Both the position numbers and the translations under genes were made by a program. A stretch of DNA of 64,000 nt, from IMG/VR virus record IMGVR_UViG_3300005537_000001, positions 304,055 through 368,054 of that record; one strand, 5' to 3'. Position 1 is the stretch's first letter; every line of letters starts with the position of its first letter. The notes under the pieces were generated by a model that saw only the letters and a list, made by a program, of their open reading frames with translations, was not told where the DNA came from and made no database searches. Of this stretch, positions 10,075-22,400 are shown piece after piece.

Positions 10075-10695
10075 TTACGACACAGAAGTTGTCAGAGTAT
10101 AAGTTATCACAAGCTCACGATTTGCGGTTTTCAAAATTGGTGAGAAAATTATGTGTGTTAGCAGCAGCGAATCAGCTGGAGCTCCAGTGAAGGTAAATGA
10201 TCCATTGGTGCCGAACGTATAAAGTCCCAGCTCATTAAATGCAAACTGTGAGTTGAAGTTTGAATCTGGTGGAGAATCTGAAGCATCTTGCCCAGCTGGT
10301 TCATTGGCATTTATGGTCATCGTTATGATGACGATAGATGATGTATCCGGATTGCTCTGGTACGTAACCGAATTTTGCGATTGAGCGCCCGGATCAACAA
10401 CACCAAAAAAGGTTTGATTGTATAGGCGAGCACCGGTACCAATAATATTTGGTGGTAGAAATGATATGACATCCATCGAATCAACGGTGGCTCCACCGTT
10501 ACCGAGCGCTAGAGCATAAATCTGATGGTTACCAGTCGCTAGAGAAAAATCTGAATGGGATAAGCCGCGCGCGATCGCGGTTGCCATATTCTGATTATGG
10601 ATAGCGTTTGGTCTATCTAGGAGAACCTCACCCGTTTTTGCATCCTTTATGAGAACGTGACCGTTAACGAGTATTTTGAGCGCTGCTGAGTTCAT
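10075..10695 (-). CDS. Putative baseplate/tail-collar structural protein
   Basis: GHVLIKD...N.I...ALGNGG...FNELGL...LLTH.IF.PI.K..NREL.ITYTL pattern typical of tail-collar/baseplate proteins. Confidence 0.6.
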   Translation of the reverse strand: MNSAALKILVNGHVLIKDAKTGEVLLDRPNAIHNQNMATAIARGLSHSDFSLATGNHQIYALALGNGGATVDSMDVISFLPPNIIGTGARLYNQTFFGVVDPGAQSQNSVTYQSNPDTSSIVIITMTINANEPAGQDASDSPPDSNFNSQFAFNELGLYTFGTNGSFTFTGAPADSLLLTHIIFSPILKTANRELVITYTLTTSVS

Positions 10696-10717
10696 CTTTG
10701 TCTCCGATGGTATTGGA

Positions 10718-10725
10718 TATTTATG
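10718..10725 (-). promoter_or_regulatory. Late promoter CATAAATA
   Basis: Intergenic, upstream of the 10695 start. Confidence 0.75.
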
Positions 10726-10728
10726 GTT

Positions 10729-13497
10729 CTAGACATGGATTATTTCAATATTCAAATTTTCAGTAAATTTGAGTCTAGCGTGCTGACCATAGCTTTGATC
10801 TGGTTGAACCTGTATTGAATAATGCGTGTTAAATGGTAGATAGGTCGTAAAAAAGTTTTGATCGAACACCAGCGTAGAGCTGGCAGTTCGATCAGTTTTC
10901 AGGTATCTTGGCGACAAGATAGAAAATACAAGTCTCGTAGGATCGGCTGCTGTAAAGCCCTGCGCGTAAAGCGCGAGATCTGAATAATTTGCAACGGATG
11001 TCGGACTAAATGTTCCAAAGCTGGCAGAGTTGGGGTCTACATTGTCAAAATACCTTAGCTTAATTGGTATCCAATCCGAAGCGGTAGCTCCCAGCTCGGG
11101 GTGAAACATGGAAGCGCCGGCTATTTGAAGATTTATAGCGTCGGTGAATGACTTGTTTATGACGACCGAATCACCAGCGTGAAGCTTAGTTCCAACGCCA
11201 GCACCAGGTGGCTTAAACCAGATCACCGCCCCGTGACCATGATAAAGTGGAAAAGTTTCAGCATCTACGTCAAATGGTTCTAAAATATCAGTTCGTTCGG
11301 CGTCGTATGGGGTGCTGTCATATGGCGACAAATCATATGCTGACACGATATCTACATCTCGCTGCGGAGCTATGTAGATGCTGATTGGCGTGTCACCGAC
11401 ATTTCGCTGCACCAGTGAATTTGGAGCATCTATTTGAAAGGCAACAAGTTCATCTACCGGCGCCGGGTCGTGACTTGAAATTGTATTCACGTATCCCCAT
11501 GGCTGTCCCTGTATCAATCCTTCACGATATCCGTATATGTTGTTGAATACCGATGCCTTTGCCGGTATAGATCCGCTTGTTGATGATGTCCACGTAATGG
11601 TGTAAACGGATGGTTCAGCGACAGAATTAACCGGCCCCAAGGTTGTAAAATTTATGCCCTTAACCGTTGCTACAGGAATTGAAAATCCAGATCCAGTTCC
11701 ACCAATGTTGCTTGACAGAGCTGAAAGAATATCACCTATCGTGTAGCCGCTACCAGCCTCTGTTAGGCTTACAGCTGATACTCCGCCACTGGTTACGGTA
11801 ATATTTGCGTGCGCCCCTACTCCAGTTCCACCGATAAGCGGCACGTTGGTGTAGCTACCGTTGGTGTAGCCGGAACCAGCTGCTATCGCGCCAAGCGCTG
11901 AAATTGCTGACGTGGCCGGTGAATACGTAAGCTTAGGAATTTTGAAACCGATAAAACCATTCCAATACCATTTGCCTATCGCTGCATCAGCCTGCCAGCC
12001 GGATACGCTGCCATATACCTTAAAATTATTTACCGTGCCACTAACTGTCCACGTAAATGAATCACCGGCATTCCAGCCGGTCGCGGTTGGAATCAACGTG
12101 TATGCAACGTCGGCATTTGAAAATGAGCATCCGTTGACTAAATCGATGGTTAGGATGTAGTTGCTGCCAACCGACACCTTTTGCAAGGTGTACGTGCCGT
12201 CACCTTTGAAGGTCAATGTCCATAACACAGATTCTGTAGTTCTATCCAAAGAGCGGGTATGTATTTCTATGCTTGGAATGTCTGCTCGCGGCGCACCCGG
12301 AATAAATGTTGGAGAAGCTTCAAGCGCCAGTGGGTTGGTTTTTATCAGCGACCATGTTTCAGCTGGAGCGCCTGGTGACACCGTTATTTTTGCCGCGGGG
12401 GTTATAACCCACGTATCACCAACAACCGTCGATTCATCGGTTACTGGAATAGATGTAGGTGCAAATGTGCACGTGCTTGTATTTCCAGTCCACGCGTGGG
12501 TCGCATCGGGAACACCAGTCACTGAACCGGCATCTATCGTGAGTGGACCACCTGGTGGAACCAGCGCAAATACGGTAGCCGTTGCACCAGTTACAGCCTG
12601 TGTTATCGTTTCGCCAACCAAGAACGTTGTTGATGGCGATGTAATCGTGCCAATAATTTCTTCTGGAGGAAAAGTCCACAAAAACGTTATTTCTGGAGAA
12701 GAGAAAGATGGCGCATATGGTGCCGTGGTCTGCAGTGAAAATGTTGCCGTACCAATGTTGCCGGATGTTGATCCTACGACTGAAGCTTTGTACACTCGAG
12801 CAACGTTGTCCACAAATGTCGTAGTGATCGTCCACTCTTCATAGGTTCCAGGAACGATGTGAGTTACCGTACCATTTTCCAACGCTAAAGAATCGTACGC
12901 GAGAGCTCCGCTCTGTGGAACAAACGCTGGGATTGGAGTCGCCGGGGCCTGATTGCTTTCGATGAAATTACCACTCTTCACGTTGACAGAATAAACACCA
13001 TAGCTTAGAACGTAATCAATGGTATCCTGTTGGTGAACGCCGTTGCGCTGTACGTCTGTGATGCCTGGTCCATCCCAGCGCTGTGGGTTAAATGCACCAG
13101 TTGGTAAGCCAGCTATTCCGGTGTAATCATTAACTCCAACGGTAAAATTTTGCAAGCTTGCTTGATCAGCAAATATTGGTACCGATATTAGTGGAAGTGG
13201 CCACGTGTATGTGGATCCATCCGAAATGATATCGCGCCACCAGCTTTTCGATATTCTAGCTCTTCCGCCACCAGGTATCGCGGCGGCTGGCAAAAGATCT
13301 GCACCTTGAATGATAGTCAAATCATCATCTTCAACGATGTGCACATTTATCGAATCTGAAAATTGATATCCTTCAGCTACCGCCGCTGATGCCGCAAGCT
13401 TGGTATGATATGGCTTTACGTCAAGAACGTAATTGATCAGGCTGTCAAGATACGCGCTTGATTTTGTCGCAAATTGAATCGTGTTGTTGGCGGCCAT
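10729..13497 (-). CDS. Baseplate/tail structural protein (922 aa)
   Basis: YV.DVKPYHTK motif near the N-terminus; GSGYT repeats; YD..PYD motif; located in the baseplate operon. Confidence 0.6.
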   Translation of the reverse strand: MAANNTIQFATKSSAYLDSLINYVLDVKPYHTKLAASAAVAEGYQFSDSINVHIVEDDDLTIIQGADLLPAAAIPGGGRARISKSWWRDIISDGSTYTWPLPLISVPIFADQASLQNFTVGVNDYTGIAGLPTGAFNPQRWDGPGITDVQRNGVHQQDTIDYVLSYGVYSVNVKSGNFIESNQAPATPIPAFVPQSGALAYDSLALENGTVTHIVPGTYEEWTITTTFVDNVARVYKASVVGSTSGNIGTATFSLQTTAPYAPSFSSPEITFLWTFPPEEIIGTITSPSTTFLVGETITQAVTGATATVFALVPPGGPLTIDAGSVTGVPDATHAWTGNTSTCTFAPTSIPVTDESTVVGDTWVITPAAKITVSPGAPAETWSLIKTNPLALEASPTFIPGAPRADIPSIEIHTRSLDRTTESVLWTLTFKGDGTYTLQKVSVGSNYILTIDLVNGCSFSNADVAYTLIPTATGWNAGDSFTWTVSGTVNNFKVYGSVSGWQADAAIGKWYWNGFIGFKIPKLTYSPATSAISALGAIAAGSGYTNGSYTNVPLIGGTGVGAHANITVTSGGVSAVSLTEAGSGYTIGDILSALSSNIGGTGSGFSIPVATVKGINFTTLGPVNSVAEPSVYTITWTSSTSGSIPAKASVFNNIYGYREGLIQGQPWGYVNTISSHDPAPVDELVAFQIDAPNSLVQRNVGDTPISIYIAPQRDVDIVSAYDLSPYDSTPYDAERTDILEPFDVDAETFPLYHGHGAVIWFKPPGAGVGTKLHAGDSVVINKSFTDAINLQIAGASMFHPELGATASDWIPIKLRYFDNVDPNSASFGTFSPTSVANYSDLALYAQGFTAADPTRLVFSILSPRYLKTDRTASSTLVFDQNFFTTYLPFNTHYSIQVQPDQSYGQHARLKFTENLNIEIIHV

Positions 13498-16400
13498 TTA
13501 GTAAAACTCGTTAATCTGAGTTGATTGCGTTTGCTGAGTTACATTTGTCGCTGACGATAGCGTTAGTAACGACGTCTTAAAAATATCTGTAAGCTGGTAA
13601 TTGCTTACAAGCGCGTCATTGAGCGCGTTGAAAAATATTTCATTTATCTGCGCAGCTCTTGCCGTGTTGTAGATCAAGTTCATAGTAGTTCGCGTAACAG
13701 CTGGGCTGCTAAATGATTGGGCTGTCAGCGATGCTTGAGTTGTTTCCGGCGTTATGTTCAACACCGTTATGTCATCAGTAATAACCGAATTTCCAACGGT
13801 AACGGTTACCTTGGTGTTCAAAATAGTATTGATTATGGATCCCAACGTTAAGCTCATAGGCGCGAATATCTGACCATTACCAAATCCGAACTGCGTTTGC
13901 GTGCCATACAGATTGTCATAATCTATGCGAATTTGGGATGGCAGCTGGTTTCCACCGGCATCTTGACCGCAAGCGGCATTTGTTAGCACGTTCCATAGCT
14001 GCTGTGGAATTCTGGTAGATTGATTTTGTCTTATCAGCGTCCATTCGGTATGAACGTTCTTTAGCTTCAGCTGCTCAGGATCATCGCGCAGCGTAAAATC
14101 ACGTAGGAAGCGAAGCTTAAACGTGTTTACCGCGTTCACCAGGGTTCCCAATCCGAATATAGCGCATGAATCAAATCCGGAACCACTCACTGAATTGCCG
14201 TCGGCAACTAATCTCGAAAATAGCATATAGGTGTCTTCACCCTTAGTTAAATCTTCTGAGGCTTGAACCAAGTTGAACGACTGATTTGGCAGAGGATCTG
14301 TTTTTCCTGTTACCCAGAAGTAGTAATTTGTGCCTGTTATCGCGCCTAAGCTGTTTCGCTGCACAAGCTTTGTGAATTGATAATCTTGCTTATATTGGGT
14401 TTGGATTATTGGATTGTCTTTAACGGCCGGGTTGAAGGCAAGATCGGCCGCAGTCGGCTGAAACATCCGATACAGCAATCTAACGGTTGTACCTTCTGGT
14501 AGAATATTTACGATTTGAACCAAGTTTCCGTTAATCACATACGCGGACGGATTTAGCTGAATACCGTTGGCATATACTGATAGCCTATTGGAGCTAATGC
14601 TTGTTTGATCTGCCAGCGTAAACACGACGGGCGCTGAACCATTAGATACTGTGATCTGCACTTCATCTTCAAGCTGAACAAACGGTGTCCACGATGAATT
14701 GAATCGATTTATCACTATGCCCGTTGATAGAGTAAGCGTGTTAGCTGGATCGGCCATCGCCGCAGCAACAGGTCCGGTCGCCTGTATCGTGACTGGCTGA
14801 CCAAGATATGGCAGCCACTGATTGTTTGGGGGTATTAAGTCCGAAGAAAGCTGCGCCTGAGTTGGAATCATCCAAGTTTTCCAACCAAATTCAGATGCTG
14901 GAACATCAGCCGGATTATTGTCGAGGGTTGTGCCGGTGTTGGATGGAAATGGAACTACTACGGTGTAGCTAACTTGTTCGCGCACGAAAATATCGTTAGA
15001 TGGATTAGTTAGCGCGATCGCGAGATTTGAAGCCGTTATGGTTCCCGTAGCTGAACGCGTCGCGGTTACCTGCAGGCCAAATTGATCAAACGTGTATGTC
15101 TGTTGTGAATTCGCCAAAAGGTTAGTTGACGTCCAATCGGAAAGTTGAACATCTTGAGTGAATCCACTTGATGACATCATCCGTAGAAAGAATGTTGTAC
15201 CATCGTTATTATCAACAAGCTTAAGCTGGCCTATTTGGGTTCCAAAAATGCTGCTGTTGCCAATGCTGTTTACTGTGACTGATGCTAGAACGCCTGTTGC
15301 CGGCGTCAATATTGGCACCCCTGGACCATCTAGGGCTGAACCTATATCATACCCGACGGTTGAGCCGATAAGGACCTCACTAGCCGGAACTTGACCACCA
15401 AGATTCATTGGGAGCATATTCCATGCGCCGAGACTTCTTCCAGCTACAACATTTATGTCGGCGAGTCGACCAGTATCAGCGATTAGATTGGTTCCCGAAA
15501 TGTAGAGCTTAGTGAAGAACGCTGGACCAAATGCTGGATGTGCGTTACCATTACCGACTCCAGCTTCTGACCAGGCGATTGGAGTTATCGTTATGACGCG
15601 CTGTGATGAATAGAAATTGGTAAATCCGACAGTTCCAGATAGACGAACCGCCGGGTCAATTGATGCATTGCCAGCCTGCAGCGCGGCCTGCGCGTTGTAT
15701 TCAGCTGGTGGGAATGGGCTCTTTGTCCAAACGTACAAATTCACCTTCGCGTAATCAGCTAGCGATCCCCAGCGCGTTTGACGCGTTTGACGATCTGGAA
15801 AAATTGAAGCGTCATAGTAAGGAACGTAATCCAAGTTCTTTGTATCCCACCACACTCTGCCAACTTCACGATCTGCCCATGGTTTAAGGGCAAGATAGTT
15901 TGGATTATCCGTCGTGTTTGTCGTGGTGTTATAGTGCGCTGGATCATGATCGGTAATCATGTTGATGGTTTCAAGCGCGTTAAACGCGTGAATACCAATC
16001 GCTGGATGCCAAAGCGTTATATCCCTGATGCGAACGTTGTTGACATAATCATACAGCTGGATCGGTGAAAACTTAGTTTTATTCAACCATGTAAAGCCAT
16101 TAACGGTATATGTTGCTGGAGCGAACACCTTAGCTATATTCGCGGTGATCATTACCGGCAAATCGGGCGTTGGCAAAAATGTGCTGGCACCAATAGTAGG
16201 CGCGTAGGCACTAGGCTCATTGTAGTAAATATTTTGGAGCGTTACGTATTGTGGAAATGGTCCAGCTGTGATCGTAAATGTTTCCGCTATCGACTGTGAA
16301 TCAAAGCGGAGAATCGTGCCGAGATCGTTGAATTCAAAGCGCGTTGTGTCATCGGCCTCAACTTGAATGTATAGCGGTAAGGCGCCGACAGTAGAGTAAT

Positions 16401-19400
16401 TTGGATCTGATGCAGAGAAAAATTGCAGCTGAGTATACGTTTGTGCCGTATCCGCTGGATTTATCTTTATTTCCGGGCTGGTATTTTCTCGAGCATCGCC
16501 GTATGTTGATAGCTTATATGCCCAAAATTCATCTATCGATGCATCAAGAAATGCTTTGTAGTTTGTAAATGCTTCAACAGCAAAATTTGTTCCCTTCGCG
16601 TGGATTAACCCGCGCCAAAAATCCAGCTGAGTAGTAGGGCTTATATTGAGATTGTTGAAGTATGGTTGAAGCTGGAATCCGAGAAGCGCCGTCGCATTTT
16701 TTGCTGTTACCGGATCGTTGAAGGTCTGACCAGCGTCGTAAAAATTGCTTATCTGGGCAACGCTTGACGTAATGTTGCGCGCGACGGTGTTACCCTTCAG
16801 GTAGAAACCATCAAACGTTGGTTTTCCGTCGGCAACATCCTGGCGCGTTACGGTAAGATACGCGCTGCTCAAAAATTCTCCCAGAAATGGGTTGAATATC
16901 AGCGGTGATGTGACGTCTGACGTGAAGTTATTGTTGAAGATAATCGCGTGTTCAAATTGATCAATGAATACGTGGGCCGAAAAAATCGGAGTAGTTGTGT
17001 GAGTTACAGTTTGATCGTCCGTTCTGATGATTCTCAAGTTGTTAATTGGGATTGCGTTACCCGCGACGTCGTAGGCGGCCTGCGTTGATGCAACGTCGAT
17101 GAACGCCGATGTAGAATATCTGCCCATCAAGCCGGTCGGAGTCTGTAGGAATAGCGCGTTCATAAATGGATTTAGCGAATATGCTTGTCCAGCTTGCTGA
17201 CCGGAATACACCGTGTCGATAAACTTCTCTATTTCAAGCTGCCAATCCAAGTTGCGGCCAGTTTCTTGATCTGTAATTGGGGTATCAGTTGCATTTATCT
17301 TGAACCCCTGGTTCTGTATTAGACCAACGTATCCATAGATGAAATTTAGCACATTCTGAATGCCAGTTATCTGCAGCGGTAGCATCGTCGTTTGCGTTGA
17401 TACAACCTCGGTGAATTGATTCCACTGCAGCTTAGTGTGAGCACCGCCGAGAGCTATGAAATCTTGAAATGGAGCTCCAAGATTTGTAGCAAGCTGAAAG
17501 TAATTTAGCTGTGGGTGGGCATTGTTGTAGCCGCTAATTCTGAATATCCAATCATCACCAGCTCCAACCGGAATCCATAGACCAGATTGCGTAAGAGTTC
17601 TAGCACCCATCTGTACAAGCTGAACTCTAAGCCCGGTTATCCAAAGATCAGAAGTGTTCATGGATCGCTTCAGCATCACGTTATAGGCAGTCGTTGGCAT
17701 GTCACCCTGTGACGTGTTAATGTCGATAGAATCTGGTCGAACGAGAGCACCAAGGCGATGAACAAGGTTTAGAGTCCAACCTCGATATGCCAAAGCAGAC
17801 GTGGATATATCCGTATCGATAAAGTTAAAGCGCAGCAAATCAGTAAACCACTGTCCGACGCCATTGAATATTTTTGTTTGACCTGGGTTAAACGAATATG
17901 TTGGCTGATTTACCGTTATGGTTACGGTTGATGTCGAATTTGGAGTGGCCTCATTTACGCAACCTTCGCATCCCAGTATGCCAAAGATGAAATCTTGATT
18001 GGTTACGAAGTTATTGGTCGTTATTGTGTCTCCGGGAAACGTGACAACTAAGGTATCACCCATTTCAAATGGAATACCTAAATCGTCAATCGTAACGTTT
18101 GAAAAAGTTACACCGTCAGATGAGAAGCTAAAAGGAACTCCCTCGTAAATCAATCCAATCTTGACACCATTTACAAACACGTAAAATACAGTGGATGATG
18201 GACCCATTGATCCTAGCGGGCCAACAGCTCCAGTGTTTGCGATGTGCGTAACGGTGAAGCTTACGGTACCGGAAAATGTTTGGGACCACGTAACTCCATT
18301 TGTTAGATTTACGAATCGTTGTTTTGCCTGAGCTGGTGTCCAGTTGTTTATCAAGTTTAGACGCTCACCGTGCAGCAGAAACTTTGAAGATGGAAGTGAG
18401 GCTTCCAAATTTCTCTCCACTCGTAGGTTGCTACCGGATCTTATATAGGTTTCACCCCAGGCCGCATCCAAAAATTGAAGTGGAAATAATCTGAAGTAGC
18501 TTCGCGCCAAACCATAGTTGAATTCAAGAGACTTCTTCCACACCAGCTCAACTGGACCATCATCACCAAACGCGTAGCCAAGGTTGACACCTTGAGGTAT
18601 TACGGTTAGCAGCGCTTGAGAGGATGCAAATTGCGTTGGAGATACATACGGTGGTATTAGACCATCGGTGTTTGTGTTAACGCACAGCTTAAGCGATGGT
18701 AGAGCGCCGCTAATCGCAGCCCACATTTCAGGCTTCCAGACGCGAACCTGCTTAAACGTTAAGTTGGTAGTGCCGACCGTAATTGGATTTGCCGTTGACA
18801 GCGTCCAATTTGTGTTCGCCCAAGCGAATCCATCAAGCACCGTTACGTTCATGGTAGATGTTATCACATCGGAAGATCTAGTCCACGCGCCGGCGGCTGC
18901 GATGTAGATGCCATTATTTTGTTGGGCCACCTGACCGATTACGAGAATTCTATCCCCACTTGAAACGGGTGAACCATCTACTACCTGCAACCCGCTTAGC
19001 GCGGTGTTTGACGTTGTCAGCCGATTGACGGTTGTGGTTGGGCCGCCAACTGGAAATACTGGGGCGGCCCATGTCGCGGCCCATGTCGCTGGTTCATCTG
19101 TGAAACCAAGCAGTCGCCATGGTTGAATATCCGGTCTTTCGGTTGATACTACACCAGCTCCGAATGAACCGAAATATTTGCTGTAAATGTTAAACCATCT
19201 AGCCGGAGTAGGTGTTGCTACTGATGGGATTGTCGCCTGCTTATAGTTCCACGTAAAGGCATTGCCAGGATTATAATCTGGAGCAAACGTGTCAAGGTTG
19301 AATTCAGCCGAAAACTGCGCCAATTCAAGCTGTGCATACGGTGAATTGATGATGTTGCTTGTTAGCAGGTTAAGGTTGAGCTGCTGCTGTGGATGAATAC

Positions 19401-22400
19401 CGTTGTACAGCTTATTTTCGACAGCAAGCACCAAGCTGTTCCTAATCGCCGAGGTGTTAACGGATATCCAACGCGACGCTATCGTAACTAGCGCTGGTAT
19501 CCATCCACCGCTAAAAACAAATAGCGTGTTTGTGGATCTCTGATACCAATACTGTCCAGTTGAACCATTTTGTGGCATCACGACGGTGTCAAAATCAACA
19601 TCGAACAGTGAAATTGTAAACGTGGATGGCTTCATCCACAGCTGCCTGGCGTATGGGCTTGGTGGTTGTGCCTCTGAAAAAATTCCAGGGGTTTTTGTTC
19701 CGTCAGATCGTGGTACTATAGTTTTTACCAGCGTTCGATCAAAATCTGGATCATCAGAAGCTACAACGGCAGTATGACCATCGTGATACACGATTACGGC
19801 TGAATTCAGCTCGAAATCAAATTGAACTCCAGGTACAACCTTTGGCAGTAGCCCAAGGTATGGTAGAGTTGCTGGCCAGTTAACAACTGCCGCGGTTGAA
19901 TCGCTGAACACGCTGGTGAGATTTACATCTTCACTTCTTAGCTTCTCAAAGTATGCCTCTAGAGCTTGAATATCGGGAGCTGAAGGATTGATGCTTGTAG
20001 TTTCTATGGCGCCAACGCTTGCAAAATAGATTGCAAGATTGTTTATGAGGAACTGATCAATGCTTGCTAGCGCAGTGTTGTACTGTTGCTCTGCAAAATC
20101 GATTATCGTAATGGGTGATATGTTTTGCTCGATAAGCATCGACGCGAGCAGTGGAAAGTTGCTGCTAAATTCTCTGATCTGACCACCAAGTCCGGAGTTA
20201 AAATTGAGGTTGCGAACATTGCTAACCCCAAACGCAGAGCCGATAAATCCATCTTGCCAGGCAATCGTTGATACGGCGTGATTGAAAAAATCACCGTGGG
20301 CTATCTGCTGCGCCGTCTGACGGTTTAGGTTTTGAAACATGCGGGAAGGTGTCAACCACGCGCCAACTGGAACCGGATTTGCATGATCGGCAGCATATCC
20401 ACCAGGAAAATTAACTATGCTACCATCTGGTAGCTGCTCAACGTACCGTGGTGATGTCGGTGCGTAGACGTTCCACGTAAATTTTTCACCTACCACAAAC
20501 GGGTTAATTCCCAAATCGATGAACAGGGTTAAATCATCGGTCGTGAAGGCGCTCAACGCGGTTGCAGTTCCTACATCTCCACTTCTAGTTCCCACTATGC
20601 TGAATGTTGTTTGAGATGTTGCGGTTGCAGTCCACTGTTGATTGTCTGCCGTCATAGAAACTGACGTTACGAACAGCTTTCCTTTGCCGCTGCCGCCCAC
20701 AAATATTGGCGTAGATGCTTTAGCGGCGGTAACACCAGGCTGCCATATGCTGTTAAGCTGACCGTCGTTTACCCAGTAGAGCAGCCGACCAGCCGCATCC
20801 GCGATACCAGATCCGAATACGTAATCACCGTTAACGGTTGTTACAACTCTTCGCTGTAGGATGTTGTCGGTAACGTAATTTGGACTTTCAGCGTAAAACC
20901 AGATACCGCTGGTAGATCCAGAATGGGTACCATCATAGCGCAGAAGATCAAACTGAGGTATTTGCCCAAAGCGAGTTTTTACCTGTGGTTGAAAAATATT
21001 GGCGACGCCATTTGTGGTTGCGTTAGATGGATTACCGTCACCATCTACGTACGAGTTAAGCTGAAGCGTATCCAAATATTCAATAATTGGTCGCTGTGCC
21101 TGGGTAGAGTTGTTGATCGTGAATCCGAGATCGGTAAAAAGTGGAATATCATTTTCATGAATCCAAAAATTGTTTGTCTGCCAATCATTTACTGGCGTCG
21201 GTGGATTCGCAAGATCTCTGACAAAGGTAAGATTTGTTGTGCCTATTATCTGTGGAATACCCGACGTAAATATCCACGTCGTGCCGCTCTGGGTTGCCCC
21301 AGATTCAACAAAAATGGTAATGTTGGTGTAGGTCTGACCGACGCTTAGATCGGTTGAGCGCTGCCACTTTCCTCCAGCTACGGCAATGTAGATTCCATTA
21401 TCAACCGTATTAAGCTGATCTTTAACTAGAATTCTATCACCGACCTTTATCGAAATGCCATCTATAAACATGGCTTGCGGTGTCTGACCTGGACCAAAAA
21501 TTGAATTTATTCCGGTGATCGTGCCTTTGCCAATTTGGGATATAGAATTCAGCGTCGCCAGAGTATTGCTCGTAAAATACTCTATAAAGAGAGTAAACGA
21601 ATCACCCGCCGCAAAATTGGATATGCCGGTCGTTACTGTAAACGTGGCAAGTGGTACTATCTGAGCACCATCATTTAGGCTTGGGGCAGCAACACCAGCA
21701 TCTGAAGTTTGTATTGTAAAGCTGGTTGTTACCCCGGCCTGTGGATTAGTAGGTGTGCCCGTACCAAAGTTTAGGGCGAAGGGACCAAACAGAACGTTAG
21801 CATCCAAGTTACTTGTTACGGTAAAGTGGATTGCATCGGTAAAGGTTAGAGTAAATGTTTCTGGCGGCCTATCGTTGAAGAATAGGTTTATGTTGCCAAA
21901 GGATGCCGTTGTTGCAAGACGAACCGGCATCTTGATAGAATCTGTCGGAGCTGGCCTCGCGATAACATAGTATTCTGGCAGATTATTTGGATTCCACGCT
22001 GGCCCACTACCAGCTGGTAGTGACGTACCAACCCAAAAATAATTCGTGAAGTTGATAAACTTGTCATAGTTGATCGGCGGTGCGTAGTTGAATGTTTGTT
22101 CAGCTATCCACGCTCGAAGATCATTAATGTCGATGTTAAGCGTGTTGATCTTATTGATGAAATCATCAAAGGTGAACAGAAATTGTTCGGTTCCTGCCGC
22201 GTAAAATAGACCAGGAATTAACGCATTTTCTTGACGCTCAAGAGTTGGTTCCTGAATGATTGCTTGGCCGGCAACTGGCGTGCCGATAGTTCCAGCTACC
22301 AAAACGCTTCGTTCTTCAGATACAAAGCGGTTAAACAAGTTTGAAACGAGGCTTGACAGCACCTCATTTTTGAGGTATGCGGGCAAGAGCTTGTTGAAAT